A stretch of 64,000 nucleotides of DNA, taken from positions 3,448,120-3,512,119 of the forward strand of contig NC_068995.1 of NCBI RefSeq assembly GCF_001194135.2. The letters are read 5' to 3'. The stretch's first letter is position 1. Every line of letters starts with the position of its first letter. Shown here piece by piece: positions 1 to 13,109 of the stretch. The notes under the pieces were generated by a model that was not told where the DNA came from, made no database searches, and was given only the letters and a program-made list of their open reading frames with translations. The stretch comes from Octopus bimaculoides. Taxonomy: Eukaryota. The position numbers and the translations under genes are program-made.

Positions 1-1084
1 CTACTTTATTATTGGCTGGAATTTAGTTCGAGACGTGTCTGATGAGAAAGCTGCACCACTGACCAACACTAGTGGTCAGTTAATAATTACTTCTCCTTAC
101 TGGACAGTTAGGTGTGTGTGTACACATATATAATATATCATATATATGTATAATATATTATATATATATATATNNNNNNNNNNNNNNNNNNNNNNNNNNN
201 NNNNNNNNNNNNNNNNNNNNNNNNNNNNNNNNNNNNNNNNNNNNNNNNNNNNNNNNNNNNNNNNNNNNNNNNNNNNNNNNNNNNNNNNNNNNNNNNNNNN
301 NNNNNNNNNNNNNNNNNNNNNNNNNNNNNNNNNNNNNNNNNNNNNNNNNNNNNNTATATATTCATTCATGGTTTTGTTTGCTAGCAATAAAATATTGATA
401 GCATTCATTTGTTCTGGTCATTTGCCGACCTTCCTCGTTTGCTTGCTTTCAATTAATTAGCTAAGTCTTGCTAAATGACTCATTCCACATATCTCACTGT
501 TTATGATGCCATGGCAAAATATTTGCCTTCTCATTCATTAACAAGGTTTTTTTTTCTCATTTTTTTTGTTTGCATTTGGTTGTTTTTTATTGCATTTTTT
601 TGCTTGTATTTTGTTTGTTTTTTTTTTTGCTTTTAATTTTTTTTTTTTTACGTCCTCTGAATTTAAAGGATTGACTCTCTTCGCTGCTGACCAACAAAGG
701 ATAAGATATCAGTTGTTTAGTAAGTTATGAAGTTTCATAAAATCGGTGTAGGCTAACCTGTTGACATAGTAACTAATAGCAGAGGAGAAATCTCTGAAAT
801 AGTAGCAGAAATAACATCCGTCCAGTAGCTTCCTAGTATAGTCTTGTTACATAACAACCACAAGTTGCAACGACGAGGATTCCAGTTGGTCCAATCAACA
901 GAACAGTCTGCTCATGAAATTAAACCTCTAAATGGGTGAGCATGTACCCATAATAGACGCATGTACCCATAACTTAGTTCTTAGGGTGCGTCAACACAAT
1001 ACAGAGTGTAACAAGGCTGGACCCATTGAAATACAGCTCACCACCTTAATAATAATAATAATAACAACAATAATAATAATAATA

Positions 1085-1573
1085 ATAATTTCGAATTTTG
1101 ACATAAGGTCAGCAACTATGTGGGAGGGGGCAAGTGGATTACATCGACCCCAGTGCTCAACTGGTACTTATTTTATCGAACCCTGAAAGGGTGAAAGGCA
1201 AACACGACCTCAGTAGAATTTGAACTCAGAACGGAAACACAGACGAAATGCTGCCAAGCATTTTGCTTGGCATGCTAACGATTCTGCCAACTCATTACCA
1301 TAATAGTAATAATAATGATGATGATAATAATAATAATGATAATGATCATGATAATCCTTTCTACTATAGGCACAAGGCCTGAAATTTTGGGGGAGGGGAG
1401 GCCAGTCGATTAGATCGACCTCAATACACAACTGGAACTTAATTTATTGACCCCCTGAAAGGATGAAAAACAAAGTGAACCATGGCAGAATTTGAACTCA
1501 GAACGTAGCGGCAGACAAAATGCCACTAAGCATTTTACCCAGCATGCTAACAACCCTGCCACCTCGCCGCCTT
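1085..1573 (-). mobile_element. Two tandem SINE family B copies (tRNA-like head plus GTCGACTTTGCCTTTCATCC core)
   Basis: ~1085-1300 and ~1352-1573 each match the recurring consensus GGCAGAATCGTTAGCA...TTCTGAGTTCAAATTC...GGGGTCGAT; separated and flanked by (AAT)n/(GAT)n. Confidence 0.85.
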
Positions 1574-1574
1574 C

Positions 1575-1655
<81 letters not shown>

Positions 1656-2351
1656 GTGATAATAATACAACAAAAGTTTGAATGATAGACAGAATAAAGG
1701 TAAATGGAGACAAAAAGGTGAAGGTGTGAAGTGGGATAGNNNNNNNNNNNNNNNNNNNNNNNNNNNNNNNNNNNNNNNNNNNNNNNNNNNNNNNNNNNNN
1801 NNNNNNNNNNNNNNNNNNNNNNNNNNNNNNNNNNNNNNNNNNNNNNNNNNNNNNNNNNNNNNNNNNNNNNNNNNNNNNNNNNNNNNNNNNNNNNNNNNNN
1901 NNNNNNNNNNNNNNNNNNNNNNNNNNNNNNNNNNNNNNNNNNNNNNNNNNNNNNNNNNNNNNNNNNNNNNNNNNNNNNNNNNNNNNNNNNNNNNNNNNNN
2001 NNNNNNNNNNNNNNNNNNNNNNNNNNNNNNNNNNNNNNNNNNNNNNNNNNNNNNNNNNNNNNNNNNNNNNNNNNNNNNNNNNNNNNNNNNNNNNNNNNNN
2101 NNNNNNNNNNNNNNNNNNNNNNNNNNNNNNNNNNNNNNNNNNNNNNNNNNNNNNNNNNNNNNNNNNNNNNNNNNNNNNNNNNNNNNNNNNNNNNNNNNNN
2201 NNNNNNNNNNNNNNNNNNNNNNNNNNNNNNNNNNNNNNNNNNNNNNNNNNNNNNNNNNNNNNNNNNNNNNNNNNNNNNNNNNNNNNNNNNNNNNNNNNNN
2301 NNNNNNNNNNNNNNNNNNNNNNNNNNNNNNNNNNNNNNNNNNNNNNNNNNN

Positions 2352-2387
<36 letters not shown>

Positions 2388-3048
2388 GCACACACACACA
2401 CATACATACATATATATGTACGTATGTGTGTGTGTGTGTGTATAAGAGATGATCAAAGCCTTGATCATCAGTCTGTTCTATCAGGGCTGACCAGGGGCTA
2501 AACAGCAACAACAAAACAAGACCACTCCTCAAGCTGAAATCTATGTGCTCTGAGCCTGACAATTGCTTGGATAATGATGATGATTCAGCCTGACACAGAG
2601 TGTGACAAGGCTGGCCCCTTTGAATTACAGGTACAACCCACTTTTGCCAGCTTAGTTTGAGTGGAACAACAAGAAATAAAGTTTCTTGCTCAAGGAGACA
2701 ATGTGCCATCAGGAATTGAACTCATGAACTTACAATTGTGAGCTGAATACTCTAACCACTAAGCCGTGTTTCTTTACATACAAAGAGCTTCATTTAAATT
2801 CCATCTGCCAAATCTATTCACGAGACATTGGTCTGCTGGAACTTTAGTAGAAAACACTTGCTCAAAGTGAGGCACAGTGGGATTGAACCTGAGACCCATC
2901 TGGTTGCAAAGTAAACTTCTTAGCCAGCCAGCCAGCCACCTAAGCCTGTATTGAAGAATTATTTATTAATCAATGTAATCAGATCTCTCTATCAGGAAGA
3001 GAATCACGTCCGGAAAATGGAATAAATGACAGGAATCGGTTTACTCAC

Positions 3049-3204
3049 ATAAATTTCACCATTCCAAGAGAGGCAGAGCTTGGTTTTGACATTCCATGAA
3101 CGGTCAATGGAAGATGTGTGAAAGGTTCTTGACAAATGTAGGTGACATGGTTTCCTTCTTTGGCATAAGAAATGGCACACTGGAAAAGCAGGGAACTTTT
3201 ATTC
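3049..3204 (-). CDS. SWSAP1: SWSAP1-like, second coding exon (G + NKSSLLFQCAISYAKEGNHVTYICQEPFTHLPLTVHGMSKPSSASLGMVKF + AT)
   Basis: Acceptor TACAG|G at 3205/3204 and donor AT|GTGAGT at 3049/3048; 156 nt, phase 2-2, open frame. The peptide parallels SWSAP1 (K-S/T-x-LLF helix, EG-x-x-V-x-Y/F strand, P-x-x-L-x-x-x-KF). Next exon not found in the window. Confidence 0.8.
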
Positions 3205-3479
3205 CTGTAGAATAAAAAGAAACAGTTTTGGAACAAACGAATAAAGAAACATACGAAGGGGTGGGGCTGAAAGGCACGATCTAACTTAGTGACTAAATCC
3301 ACTCTTGTTTGTGCAGATTTCAGGGTGGGTGAATAAAATATGAGTCACAAAGATGTATAATTGTCAATCCATTACAGCCGTTTCAAGCAACTCCTTTAAT
3401 TGAACAATGAAAGCATTACATCATTACAAAGAAGCCCGTTCTCATCAGATGCTCCCTTATATTGATTTTAGCCTGAATA

Positions 3480-3701
3480 TATAAGGGGATACTGGAAAGT
3501 TCCTGGCTTTAAGGGTATAGTGAACAGCCTGGTTGAAGGCCCAACCTTATAATTTCTTTTACAGGGCTTAGAGAAACTAAAGGACCGCTGCAATAAGTGT
3601 GTGAATCTGAGAGGGGAATATTTAGAATAAAATCATAATTAATTGATCCTCTTGTATTTTCTTTTATCCAAAGCCAGAAACCTTTCAAGCAGCCCCTCGT
3701 A
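3480..3701. mobile_element. Mariner/Tc1-like MITE
   Basis: Imperfect TIRs TATAAGGGGATACTGGAAAGTTCCTGGCTTT versus TACGAGGGGCTGCTTGAAAGGTTTCTGGCTTT (reverse complement), TA-flanked. Partial copies at ~47385-47482 and ~48358-48480. Confidence 0.7.
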
Positions 3702-4520
3702 TACAGGAAAATATTACCTTGCTTGGAAACAGGTGAGGGTAAGTGATAGGAAGGGTGTTCATCTGTAGAAAATTTGTCAAAACAAATTTTGTTTGACCCA
3801 TACAAGCATGGAAATATAGGTTGGTAAATGATGATGACAATGATGTGTGTGTGTGTGCATGCGCATGTGTGCATATGTGTGTCTGTAAAACTGGCTTCCT
3901 TCATTTTCCCATAAAAAAACCAAAAAAATCCACTCACGACGCTTTAGTTGTCCCTGGGCTATGGTTCAGGAGACATGCCATTATTGTTATTTAATTACAT
4001 TAATTCTTAAACTAAAGCAAAGAGACCATATTCCACTGTCTCCTGTCACTCTAACAAGCAAATTGTTCTGGAAATTATGAGATCCTCTTCGTAGATCTAT
4101 CAAGACAAAACAACTTTTGAAGAAAGATTACATTTCTATATCCAGCCTTCATCACCAATATTTTACTTTAACAAAAACCAATTGCACAAAAGAAATTGAG
4201 TTAAACGGCTATTGATCTATTATTTTATTTTCATCAAAATCTTTCTCATTTTCTGAGCAAATCAATGCAAGAAATATATGTGCTACTTTGGTATAATTTC
4301 CGATAGCCTCAATAGATGGAGTTTTACTTTTGTCTGAAGTCAAGCGAAAGTATTATCTCAATTTTAAAGAGACAAAAAAGAGATTTCAGGAAGTTAGTCT
4401 CAATGATAGGGTTTTATTAGAGCATGGAAGGATGAAGGGAAAGTTATTTGAAAAAAAGATTAAAATTCGAAATCGTTGGTTTGGTTTCCTTCTTTATTTC
4501 TTTTTAATGTATGGGCAATG

Positions 4521-4685
4521 AGGTAGAAAGGTACTATAGGTAGAAATATAATACAAAGGTAGCGTTAATATAAAGGTACTATAGGTACAAATGTGATATA
4601 AAGGTACTATAGGTAGGAAGGCAATAAACAGGTATTAAAGGTGGAAATGTGATAGACAGGTACTACAGGTAGGAATGTGAAATGA
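4521..4685. repeat. 28-bp minisatellite (AAGGTACTATAGGTAGAAATGTGATA-like)
   Basis: Cores at 4530, 4575, 4603, 4631, 4659. Confidence 0.8.
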
Positions 4686-5225
4686 ATAATAACTGGCGTG
4701 GTTATTTACACCCAATCAAAAAAACAAGCATATATAAAAGATTGCTTAGTTTCATGTCCTCATAGTAATTTCAATAAAAAATGGATATATCAGAAGGGGG
4801 GGAGAAGGTGAGGAAGAAGGGGGGAGAGAAAGGGAGAGAAAGAAAGAGTGAGATAGAGAGAAGATGAGAAGGTGAGAGAAAGAATATGCATGTGCAACTG
4901 TAGCCATTTTAGGTTGCTTACACACAATAGAACCAGGTTTTTACAAGAGATTCTAAGAATCCAAGCTGCAGTTCTGAATATATTTAGAATTTAATATTAT
5001 TATTATTTTTTTTTTTTCAATGAAAGAATATAAAAGGCTGAAATGAAAGAAATTTTGTCTTATGGCAGCATTGAATACAACAACAGATTAGTTGCTGGTC
5101 ACAGCTAAATAAAAGACTATAAAGAAAAAAAATGGTTAGAAGACACAATGGAAGAAATATGAAGACATGGCAGATCTTATTAAAAGAGAAAAATTATGAA
5201 TAATGTTTGATATTTTAAGAATGAT

Positions 5226-5925
5226 GCTTAACCCTTTTAATACGAACCTGGGTGAGATAATACTTCGGTCTACAATATCAGCTTCCTGTTTTAAATTGAT
5301 CTAAATTGGAACTTTCATCTAAATTCCATGCTAATATATTTTCTAACTACTTGGTTCATAATGGTATAGTTATTTTAGTATGTTCTTCATTATTTTTGGA
5401 ATTAATTGAAATAAAGGCAGTGTATTGTAACAGAAATATGGAAACGAAATGGTTAAAGCGTTCCATCAAAATTTTGTTTTTATTTATGTTCCAAACACTA
5501 GCATCATAATGACAAAGTTATTTTAATAGATTCTTTCAAAATTAGTTGAAACAAAAGAAGTGTATTTCAATGGAAATATGGTAACAAAGCAGCTAAAGTG
5601 ATCTAAATTAAAACCTTTCATAAAAATTTCTTGTTAGTCTAAGTTCCAAACACCAATTTAATAATGACAAAATTATTTCACTAAATTCTTCATTATTTAA
5701 AAAATTAACTGGAACAAAGTCCATGTATTTCAATAGAAATATGGTAACAAAAGGGTTAAAGTGATCTAAATTAAAACCTTTCATCAAAATTTCATGTTAA
5801 TTTATGTTCCAAACATCAGTTTAATAATGATAAAAGTTATTTCACTGAATTCTTAATTATTTAAAAGATTTTCCGAAACAAAGGCAGAGTATTTCAACAG
5901 AAAAATGGTAATGAAAGTGTTAAAG
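5226..5925. mobile_element. piggyBac-like MITE (family P1) with four tandem ~160-bp units, each ending in a TIR-like sequence
   Basis: Starts TTAACCCTTTT; units end ...AAATATGGTAACAAAAGGGTTAAA (degenerate) at ~5457, 5597, 5760 and 5924. Confidence 0.65.
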
Positions 5926-7186
5926 ATGTCATAATTGTAAAAGAAGCCATTCTGCTCAAAAATTTTTCATGAAAAAAGCATGGATCCCTAAATCACTTCT
6001 GGTGTTTGCTGTGCTCTGACATCTTCTTTTTTTTTTGTGTGAGAATTGGAACATAATGAAGATGGATGAAGCAAGAAAGCACCAGACTAAATACATCATG
6101 GTATTCAGTTTATTCACATTTTCAACCAGAACTGATAAAGGTTTTTTTTTTTAATCTCCACAAGAATTGGTAAAATAAGCAGCAGTAATTTACTGGATCA
6201 ACGCAATTAAACTAGTTTCTACTCTGTCAAAGGCATAACCTTGTAACTAATTAAGAAATCAAGATTTTTTCATTAACTGAGAATTTTATAAATTATCTCC
6301 AATTCTATTTTTGCATGTCATTATCATCATCATTGCTTTAATGTCAACTATTCCATGCTTGCCTGGGTGATGTGGAATCTATTGAGGTGTATTTTCTTTG
6401 GCCAGTTGATGTTTCTATTGTCAGCTCTCACCTGTTTCCAAATAGGGTAATACTTCTCCATGACCAGGTATGTTTCCACAGAAGATTGCAAATGAATGAC
6501 ACTGCTTGTATAACAGTGGCGATCGTTTACAACTATCATGTAAGATCAAGACAAAGAGACCCAAACAAGACAAGGAGACACACACACACATAAAAAAGGA
6601 TTCAGTCGACACTGTGAAGCGGTTAGCATTTGGAATGGGCATCCAACTGTAAAAACCACTGACCCACACCTGTGCTGGTGCTATATAAAAAGCACTCAGT
6701 CCACTCTGAAGGGTGGTTGGTGTTAGGAAGGGCATTCAGCTGTAAAAACTATGCCAAAACAGATGCAGAAATCTGGAGCAGTCTTCTGCCTGACCAACTC
6801 CTGTCAAACCATCCAATCCAATCCAAGCCAGCAGGGAAGGAGGACGTTTGATGATTGATAATCATGATGATTGCTCACTTTTTGTATGGACAATGGTCAG
6901 TGATGGTCTTCCTCAGTCAGGAGTGGACAGACATCATACACATGACAAGCTTCTTTCAGTTTTCATTTACCAAATCAATTCACAAGGCATTGGTCAACTG
7001 GAGTTGACCAAGTAGAAAACACTTGCTCAAGATGTCATGCAATAAGACCGAACTAGAAACCACATTCGTGGCAATTAAACTTCTTAATGACCCATACAAC
7101 AGATCAATATGAATGACATATCGTCTCTTTGTTCATCTCCCATCATTAAAAGTCTTGTACAAATTGCCAGAAACTTCTATACTTAC

Positions 7187-7320
7187 ATGCCGTCAAAAGT
7201 ACATAAAACAACCGGTTTTTGGTTTTTCTGCCATAAGTTCAAATTTTGGAGCAGTTTGTCTTTGTCTCCATCCATCCAATGAGACAACAAAGGAAACATC
7301 CGTGTTAAGGCGGCAGCCAT
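7187..7320 (-). CDS. SWSAP1: SWSAP1-like, first coding exon (MAAALTRMFPLLSHWMDGDKDKLLQNLNLWQKNQKPVVLCTFDG + AT)
   Basis: Long pyrimidine tract and CCAG acceptor (AG at 7323-7322), ATG one base into the exon, 44 codons plus 2 nt, then a consensus donor AT|GTAAGT at 7187/7186. The phase-2 end joins in frame with exon 3204-3049, giving PVVLCTFDGMNKSSLLFQCA, which aligns from memory to human SWSAP1 PLLLLGTPGSGKTALLFAAA. Confidence 0.75.
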
Positions 7321-7394
7321 TCTGGTAGACAAGAATAGAAAAGAAGGGAAGCAAAGAATTCGCAATAACCAAGTGGGTGCAAAGACCTTTTATC

Positions 7395-7830
7395 TTCTGT
7401 CTTTTACCTGTTTCAGTCATTAGACTGTGGCCATGTTGGGGCACCAACTTGAAGAATTTTAGACGAATGAATTAACTCCAGGACTTATTTCTCTTTTTTA
7501 CAAGCCTGGTACTTATTCCATCAGTCTCTTTTGCTGAACCACTAAGTTACAGGACGTAAACACACCAACACTGGTTGCCAAGTGGTGGGGTGGGGACAAA
7601 TATAAGCACAAAGACACATACATTGATATGTACATACATAAATACTGGGAAACAAACCTATGCAAAAGTTAGGCACAAGAGTGGCCGTGTGGCAAGAAGC
7701 TTGCTTCCCAACCACATGGTTCCGGGTTCAGTCTCACTGCGTGGCACCTTGGGCAAGTGTTTTCTATTATACTCGGGCTGACCAAAGCCTTGTGAGTGGA
7801 TTTGGTAGGTGGAAACTGAAAGAAGCCTGT

Positions 7831-7867
<37 letters not shown>

Positions 7868-8042
7868 GTATTTGTCCCCCCACCATTGCTTGACAACCGA
7901 TGTTGTTGTGTTTACATCCCCATAACTTAGCGGTTCGGCCAAAGTCAACCCCAGCGGAATTTGAACTCAGAATGCAGCAGCAGGCGAAATACCTCTAAGT
8001 TTTTCACTCAGCATGCTGACGGTTCTGCCAGCTCACCGCCTT
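7395..8042. mobile_element. SINE cluster: family A 3' part (-, ~7395-7600), family A (+, ~7678-7939), family B 5' part (-, ~7940-8042)
   Basis: Matches to the recurring family consensuses in this window. Confidence 0.8.
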
Positions 8043-9152
8043 AACATTAAAATAATAATAATAATAATAACAAAGAGCAGCCAAAATTCTTCATTGCTAC
8101 TTGGAAGAATTGATGTCTGTTAGAATGTCAGGTGGTGATACTGATTTTGTGCGAACTTATTGTGAGATTTTAATTAAACAACATAAAAAGTCTTAATTAT
8201 GTTTTCAAGTGATTGGGCTGAAAATTATAGTTTTAAGGCATCTATGAAATTATTATTAAACCAGACAGATGGCAGCAGTTATTAGCGATAAGGTTCCCAG
8301 TAAAAGATGGTTATCTTCAATGGAATCATGAGTTAAGGTAGTTAGAATGTCTTGACAAACATAATGAGGGGTTATATCAAAGGAAATTATGCGATGAAGT
8401 CGAATCGCAGAATCAACGGAAAGACTGAAGCATTAACGTAAAGAGGAAAAGGAACGCTAACACAAGGGGTCAGAGAAAGGGGCTTAGAGAGTGGAGGGGG
8501 GGAAGGCATTGATAAATTATATTTCCATATCTTTGTGGCATCAGTCGAAGCACCGTTTTCAGTCATAAATTTCTCCTGTAAAAGGGTCTTTGAAGTTTCG
8601 TTGTCGATTAGGTTAAAATATAATGACAGTTTCACAAACAGTTAATGTGCTGAATGCAAACTATTACCCAGGCATTTGCCAACTGATGTGTTTGGCATGT
8701 ATTAATCAATGAAGCGCCTCTTAAGGTTTTACGATCCCTTTATGCAGTCACCCTAGACAAATTAACTGCAAACAGGTCCCTGTTTAAACTCTGACTCACA
8801 CACGGTGTGACGAGTGCCTTTGTTTTTGTTTTTTGTTTTAACTCCAAAGTTTAACATCTGATTGATAGAGTATATAATGGCATTCTTTATCTAATATAGC
8901 AACATGATATGAAGAATGAATCTATTATCTGTCGGGGAAACTTCTCGTAGGTCAATGTTTAGTGACTTGATTGAGTTCTGATAGCAGACAAGTTGTCTAA
9001 ACAGAGTTGCTATCACACAGCTAAAGAGACTAACTGAGTTAACTTAGTCTATTTAGATTAGTGTATAGTTTTACAGAAATATACTAATATTTCATTAATA
9101 ATATCACACCAAACAAGTAGCTTTTTTAAAAAAAAAATTTTTATTTTTTTAA

Positions 9153-9200
<48 letters not shown>

Positions 9201-9207
9201 GTTATTA

Positions 9208-9239
<32 letters not shown>

Positions 9240-9241
<2 letters not shown>

Positions 9242-9437
9242 GGCAGCGGGCTGGCGGAATTGTTAGCATGCCGGGCGAAATGCTTAATGGTATTTCATCT
9301 GCCGCTACATTCTGAGTTCAAATTCTGCTGAGGTCATCTTTGCCTTTCATCGTTTCGGGGGTTGATAAATTAAGTACCAGTTACACACTGGAGTCAATGT
9401 AATCGACTAATCCCATCCTACCAAATTCCAGGCCTTC
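9240..9437 (+). mobile_element. SINE family B
   Basis: Full consensus match, directly after (ATT)n. Confidence 0.85.
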
Positions 9438-9530
9438 CGTCAGCATTGTCATCATCATCATTTTGTCCTGTCTTTGTCCTTTCATGTTTTTAATTTATAT
9501 TAGCCCTTGTGGCCAATAAAACCAGAATCA

Positions 9531-9563
<33 letters not shown>

Positions 9564-10256
9564 GATGTATTTAAAACTTTATTAATATCACTTCACAGTC
9601 TATGAGAAATTATTTCTGATTTGAAAAATGTGTTTACAACTTGATCAAATAAAGAAGACATGTTTCATTGCAGAAAGATGAAGAAATTCAGTAAAGGTAA
9701 AAATAAGAGAACCGTGTTTATTAGTAACCATTCAGAATGCTGTGAATACAAAGGGCAGTCATTACAGAGCTGTGGCGCTTGTGTAAAAGCTGAGTTAGAN
9801 NNNNNNNNNNNNNNNNNNNNNNNNNNNNNNNNNNNNNNNNNNNNNNNNNNNNNNNNNNNNNNNNNNNNNNNNNNNNNNNNNNNNNNNNNNNNNNNNNNNN
9901 NNNNNNNNNNNNNNNNNNNNNNNNNNNNNNNNNNNNNNNGTTTTGTTACAAGAAGAATAAATAAATAAAGTTCTCTGTAGGACTTTTCAATGAAAGTAAA
10001 CTTTGTTGAAATTATTTATGAATTGAGGTTGTTCACATTGTTTGTACTTACAAGAATTCAAAAGAGAGGAGAAGAAAAAAAAAAAAAGAAACTGAATGAA
10101 AGAATGCCTGAATTGAATAAATGGCTGGAAAGGCTCCATTCTAGAATCACTAATTCTGTCTCGGAAGAGAAGAGAAGAATTGTAACTTTTAATAAAGGTC
10201 TCTAATTACAAGAAAAGGAAAAACTGAAGTTGTTCCCAAGATGGTATCATAAAATG

Positions 10257-10660
10257 TGAGGTCTCAAGCTGGCAGAATCGTTAGCACGCTGGGCATGTGT
10301 TAATGGTATTTTGCCTGTCTCTATGTTCTGAGTTCAAATCCTGTTGTGGTTAACATTGCCTTGCATCCTTTTTGGATCAAAAATATAAGTACCAGTTAAG
10401 TACTGGGGTCAATGTAATCGATTTATCTTCTCCCCTGAAATTGCTGGCCTTGTGCCAAAATTTGAAATCATCGTCATCATCATCATCATTAAGGCGATGA
10501 GCTGGCAGAATCATTAGCACACTTTGCAAAATGCTTAGTGGTATTTTGTCCGTTGCTACGTTCTGAGTTCAAATTCTGCTGAGGTCAACTTTACCTTTCA
10601 ACTTTTTGGGCACTGGAGGCGGAGGGGGGGGGTTGATGTAATCGAGTTAGTCCTAATCCC
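10257..10660 (+). mobile_element. Two tandem SINE family B copies
   Basis: ~10257-10470 and ~10491-10660, joined by (CAT)n. Confidence 0.85.
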
Positions 10661-10995
10661 TGACACTCTTAAACTATTCCACTAGACCATTGTTCAGGAC
10701 TGGTCCATTATTCATCAACCCAGAAGGGTGAATGACAAAGCAGACATCAGTGGGAATTGAACTTCAAACTTAGTATGAAAGAAAATGGAATATTTATCAG
10801 AAGACATTTCGTTTAATCCTGCAAAGATTGCCAATTTGCCACTAACTTTATTATATCACTGTTCCGCTGAAATCTCTTTCTGAATATTTTTGAAATCCTC
10901 CATCATGTTCTCTCTATCAGGTTCTGCCTCCTCCTACTCATCATCATCATTGTCATCACCATTATCATCAAAGGCATTTTAATTGTTTAGCACTT

Positions 10996-11224
10996 AATCC
11001 TTTCGTTACCAACCTGGCTGAAACCAGCTCTGGCTCTGTTAGTAAAAATTTCTCGTTTTCAAAAGTTTTGAATTAAAATCTTCCACTAAACCTTAGTCAC
11101 AATTTATGTTCCTAACACTAGCTTAATGATAACGAAGTTATTTTACTAAATTCTTTGTTAGATTTATAATTAATTGAAAGAAACACAGAACATCTCAACA
11201 GAAATATGGTAACAAAAGGGTTAA
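10996..11224. mobile_element. piggyBac-like MITE (family P1), single unit
   Basis: TTAATCCTTTCGTTACCA ... TGGTAACAAAAGGGTTAA: ~18-bp TIR with TTAA ends. Confidence 0.7.
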
Positions 11225-12924
11225 ACTGGTCATATCTGACCCAAATATTTTGTCTGANNNNNNNNNNNNNNNNNNNNNNNNNNNNNNNNNNNNNNNNNNN
11301 NNNNNNNNNNNNNNNNNNNNNNNNNNNNNNNNNNNNNNNNNNNNNNNNNNNNNNNNNNNNNNNNNNNNNNNNNNNNNNNNNNNNNNNNNNNNNNNNNNNN
11401 NNNNNNNNNNNNNNNNNNNNNNNNNNNNNNNNNNNNNNNNNNNNNNNNNNNNNNNNNNNNNNNNNNNNNNNNNNNNNNNNNNNNNNNNNNNNNNNNNNNN
11501 NNNNNNNNNNNNNNNNNNNNNNNNNNNNNNNNNNNNNNNNNNNNNNNNNNNNNNNNNNNNNNNNNNNNNNNNNNNNNNNNNNNNNNNNNNNNNNNNNNNN
11601 NNNNNNNNNNNNNNNNNNNNNNNNNNNNNNNNNNNNNNNNNNNNNNNNNNNNNNNNNNNNNNNNNNNNNNNNNNNNNNNNNNNNNNNNNNNNNNNNNNNN
11701 NNNNNNNNNNNNNNNNNNNNNNNNNNNNNNNNNNNNNNNNNNNNNNNNNNNNNNNNNNNNNNNNNNNNNNNNNNNNNNNNNNNNNNNNNNNNNNNNNNNN
11801 NNNNNNNNNNNNNNNNNNNNNNNNNNNNNNNNNNNNNNNNNGAGCTTTACAGAATGGAAGGATCAAGGACCGAATCTTGGAGACAAATAACAGAAAATAA
11901 AAGATTTACTGTTTAATTCTTGAAAATAAAATACACCCCCCCCCACTACCAAAAAAAAAAAAACAAAACCACTGTATTTATTTATTTATTTTTTAAGAAT
12001 ATTTCCAGAAATGATTAGAAAAATTGGAATAATTTTGTTGAGATTTGTCCCTGCAGGAATGGATGTTAATAAATTCAGGCCGAAACAAAAGAAATTGTGT
12101 TAATCTGTAAAAATAAAAAGGTTCGTTGTAATGAGTCATATATTGATCAAGTATTTGAGTATTAACACCAATAATTGCTACATGGCGTTCTTTGCGTAGA
12201 GAGGTTCTATACATCCCAACGGCAACAAAGAATCAATACTTATTGACCACTTATTTAGGAGAAATATACAATAAAGTGCAACATACATCTTATTGATACA
12301 GTGGTTACGAGAAGACTTCATTTGTTATCACTAATCAATAACTAGAGTCGCCACCCTGCACGCCACCACCACTACCACCGCTGCTCCCCCCACACCCCAC
12401 CGCTATTGACCAAATGGACTGTTTTTTTTTTGTTTTGTTAGTGAAACCAATTTTCTATCTGAACTATTTTTGGGGTATTTTATATTGAAATCATGGAAAA
12501 GGAGAAATAAAATGTGTGTTTATGTTCATGTTAAACACAAATAAATAAATAAATAATAGATAACTATACATATATATATATAAATATAAAAGTAAAAGAA
12601 TAAAACAAAAACGAACGAACAATAAAACAAACAAACAAACACAAATTAAGAATAAAAAAGAAAGGTGGAAAGTTGGTTCCCAGCCTGAAAAAAAAATAAG
12701 GAAAAAAATATCAGTAATTATACATACACACATGTATATATATATATATATACATAATACATATCATCATTTAACGCCTGTCTTCCATGCTGGTATATAC
12801 ATATACATACACACACGTGTGTGTATATATATTTGTATATATATATATATGTATGTATAAATATGTATGTGTGTGTATGTATATGTGTACATATGTATGT
12901 GCATGCATGTGTACGTATGTATGT

Positions 12925-13068
12925 GTGGTAAGGAGCTTGGTTCCCAAGTACATGGTCTCAGGATCATTCCCTCTGCAAGTGTTGACAATAGTCCCCTTCT
13001 CAACTAATGCCTTGTGAATGGATTTCACAGGTGAAAATCAGAAAAAGCCCATCATATATAAATGATGA

Positions 13069-13109
<41 letters not shown>

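Noticed and set aside
97-2709. Long ORFs containing X runs (also at 11195-11916, 13007-13339, 22192-22708, 37220-37643, 59688-60163)
   Set aside because: Open only because they cross N-gaps and (TA)n/(AAT)n repeats.
1-3048. Search for SWSAP1-like exon 3
   Set aside because: No convincing minus-strand exon; may lie in a gap or before position 1.
3205-3302. N-terminal part (MDLVTKLDRAF...) of ORF 3045-3302
   Set aside because: Upstream of the acceptor at 3205; intronic read-through.
7678-7760. tRNA-like A/B boxes at SINE heads
   Set aside because: Followed by SINE body in many copies; no complete cloverleaf seen.
11993-12214. Minus-strand 73-aa ORF with an internal acceptor-like TTTTTACAG
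   Set aside because: No recognisable homology and not needed for the SWSAP1 frame.
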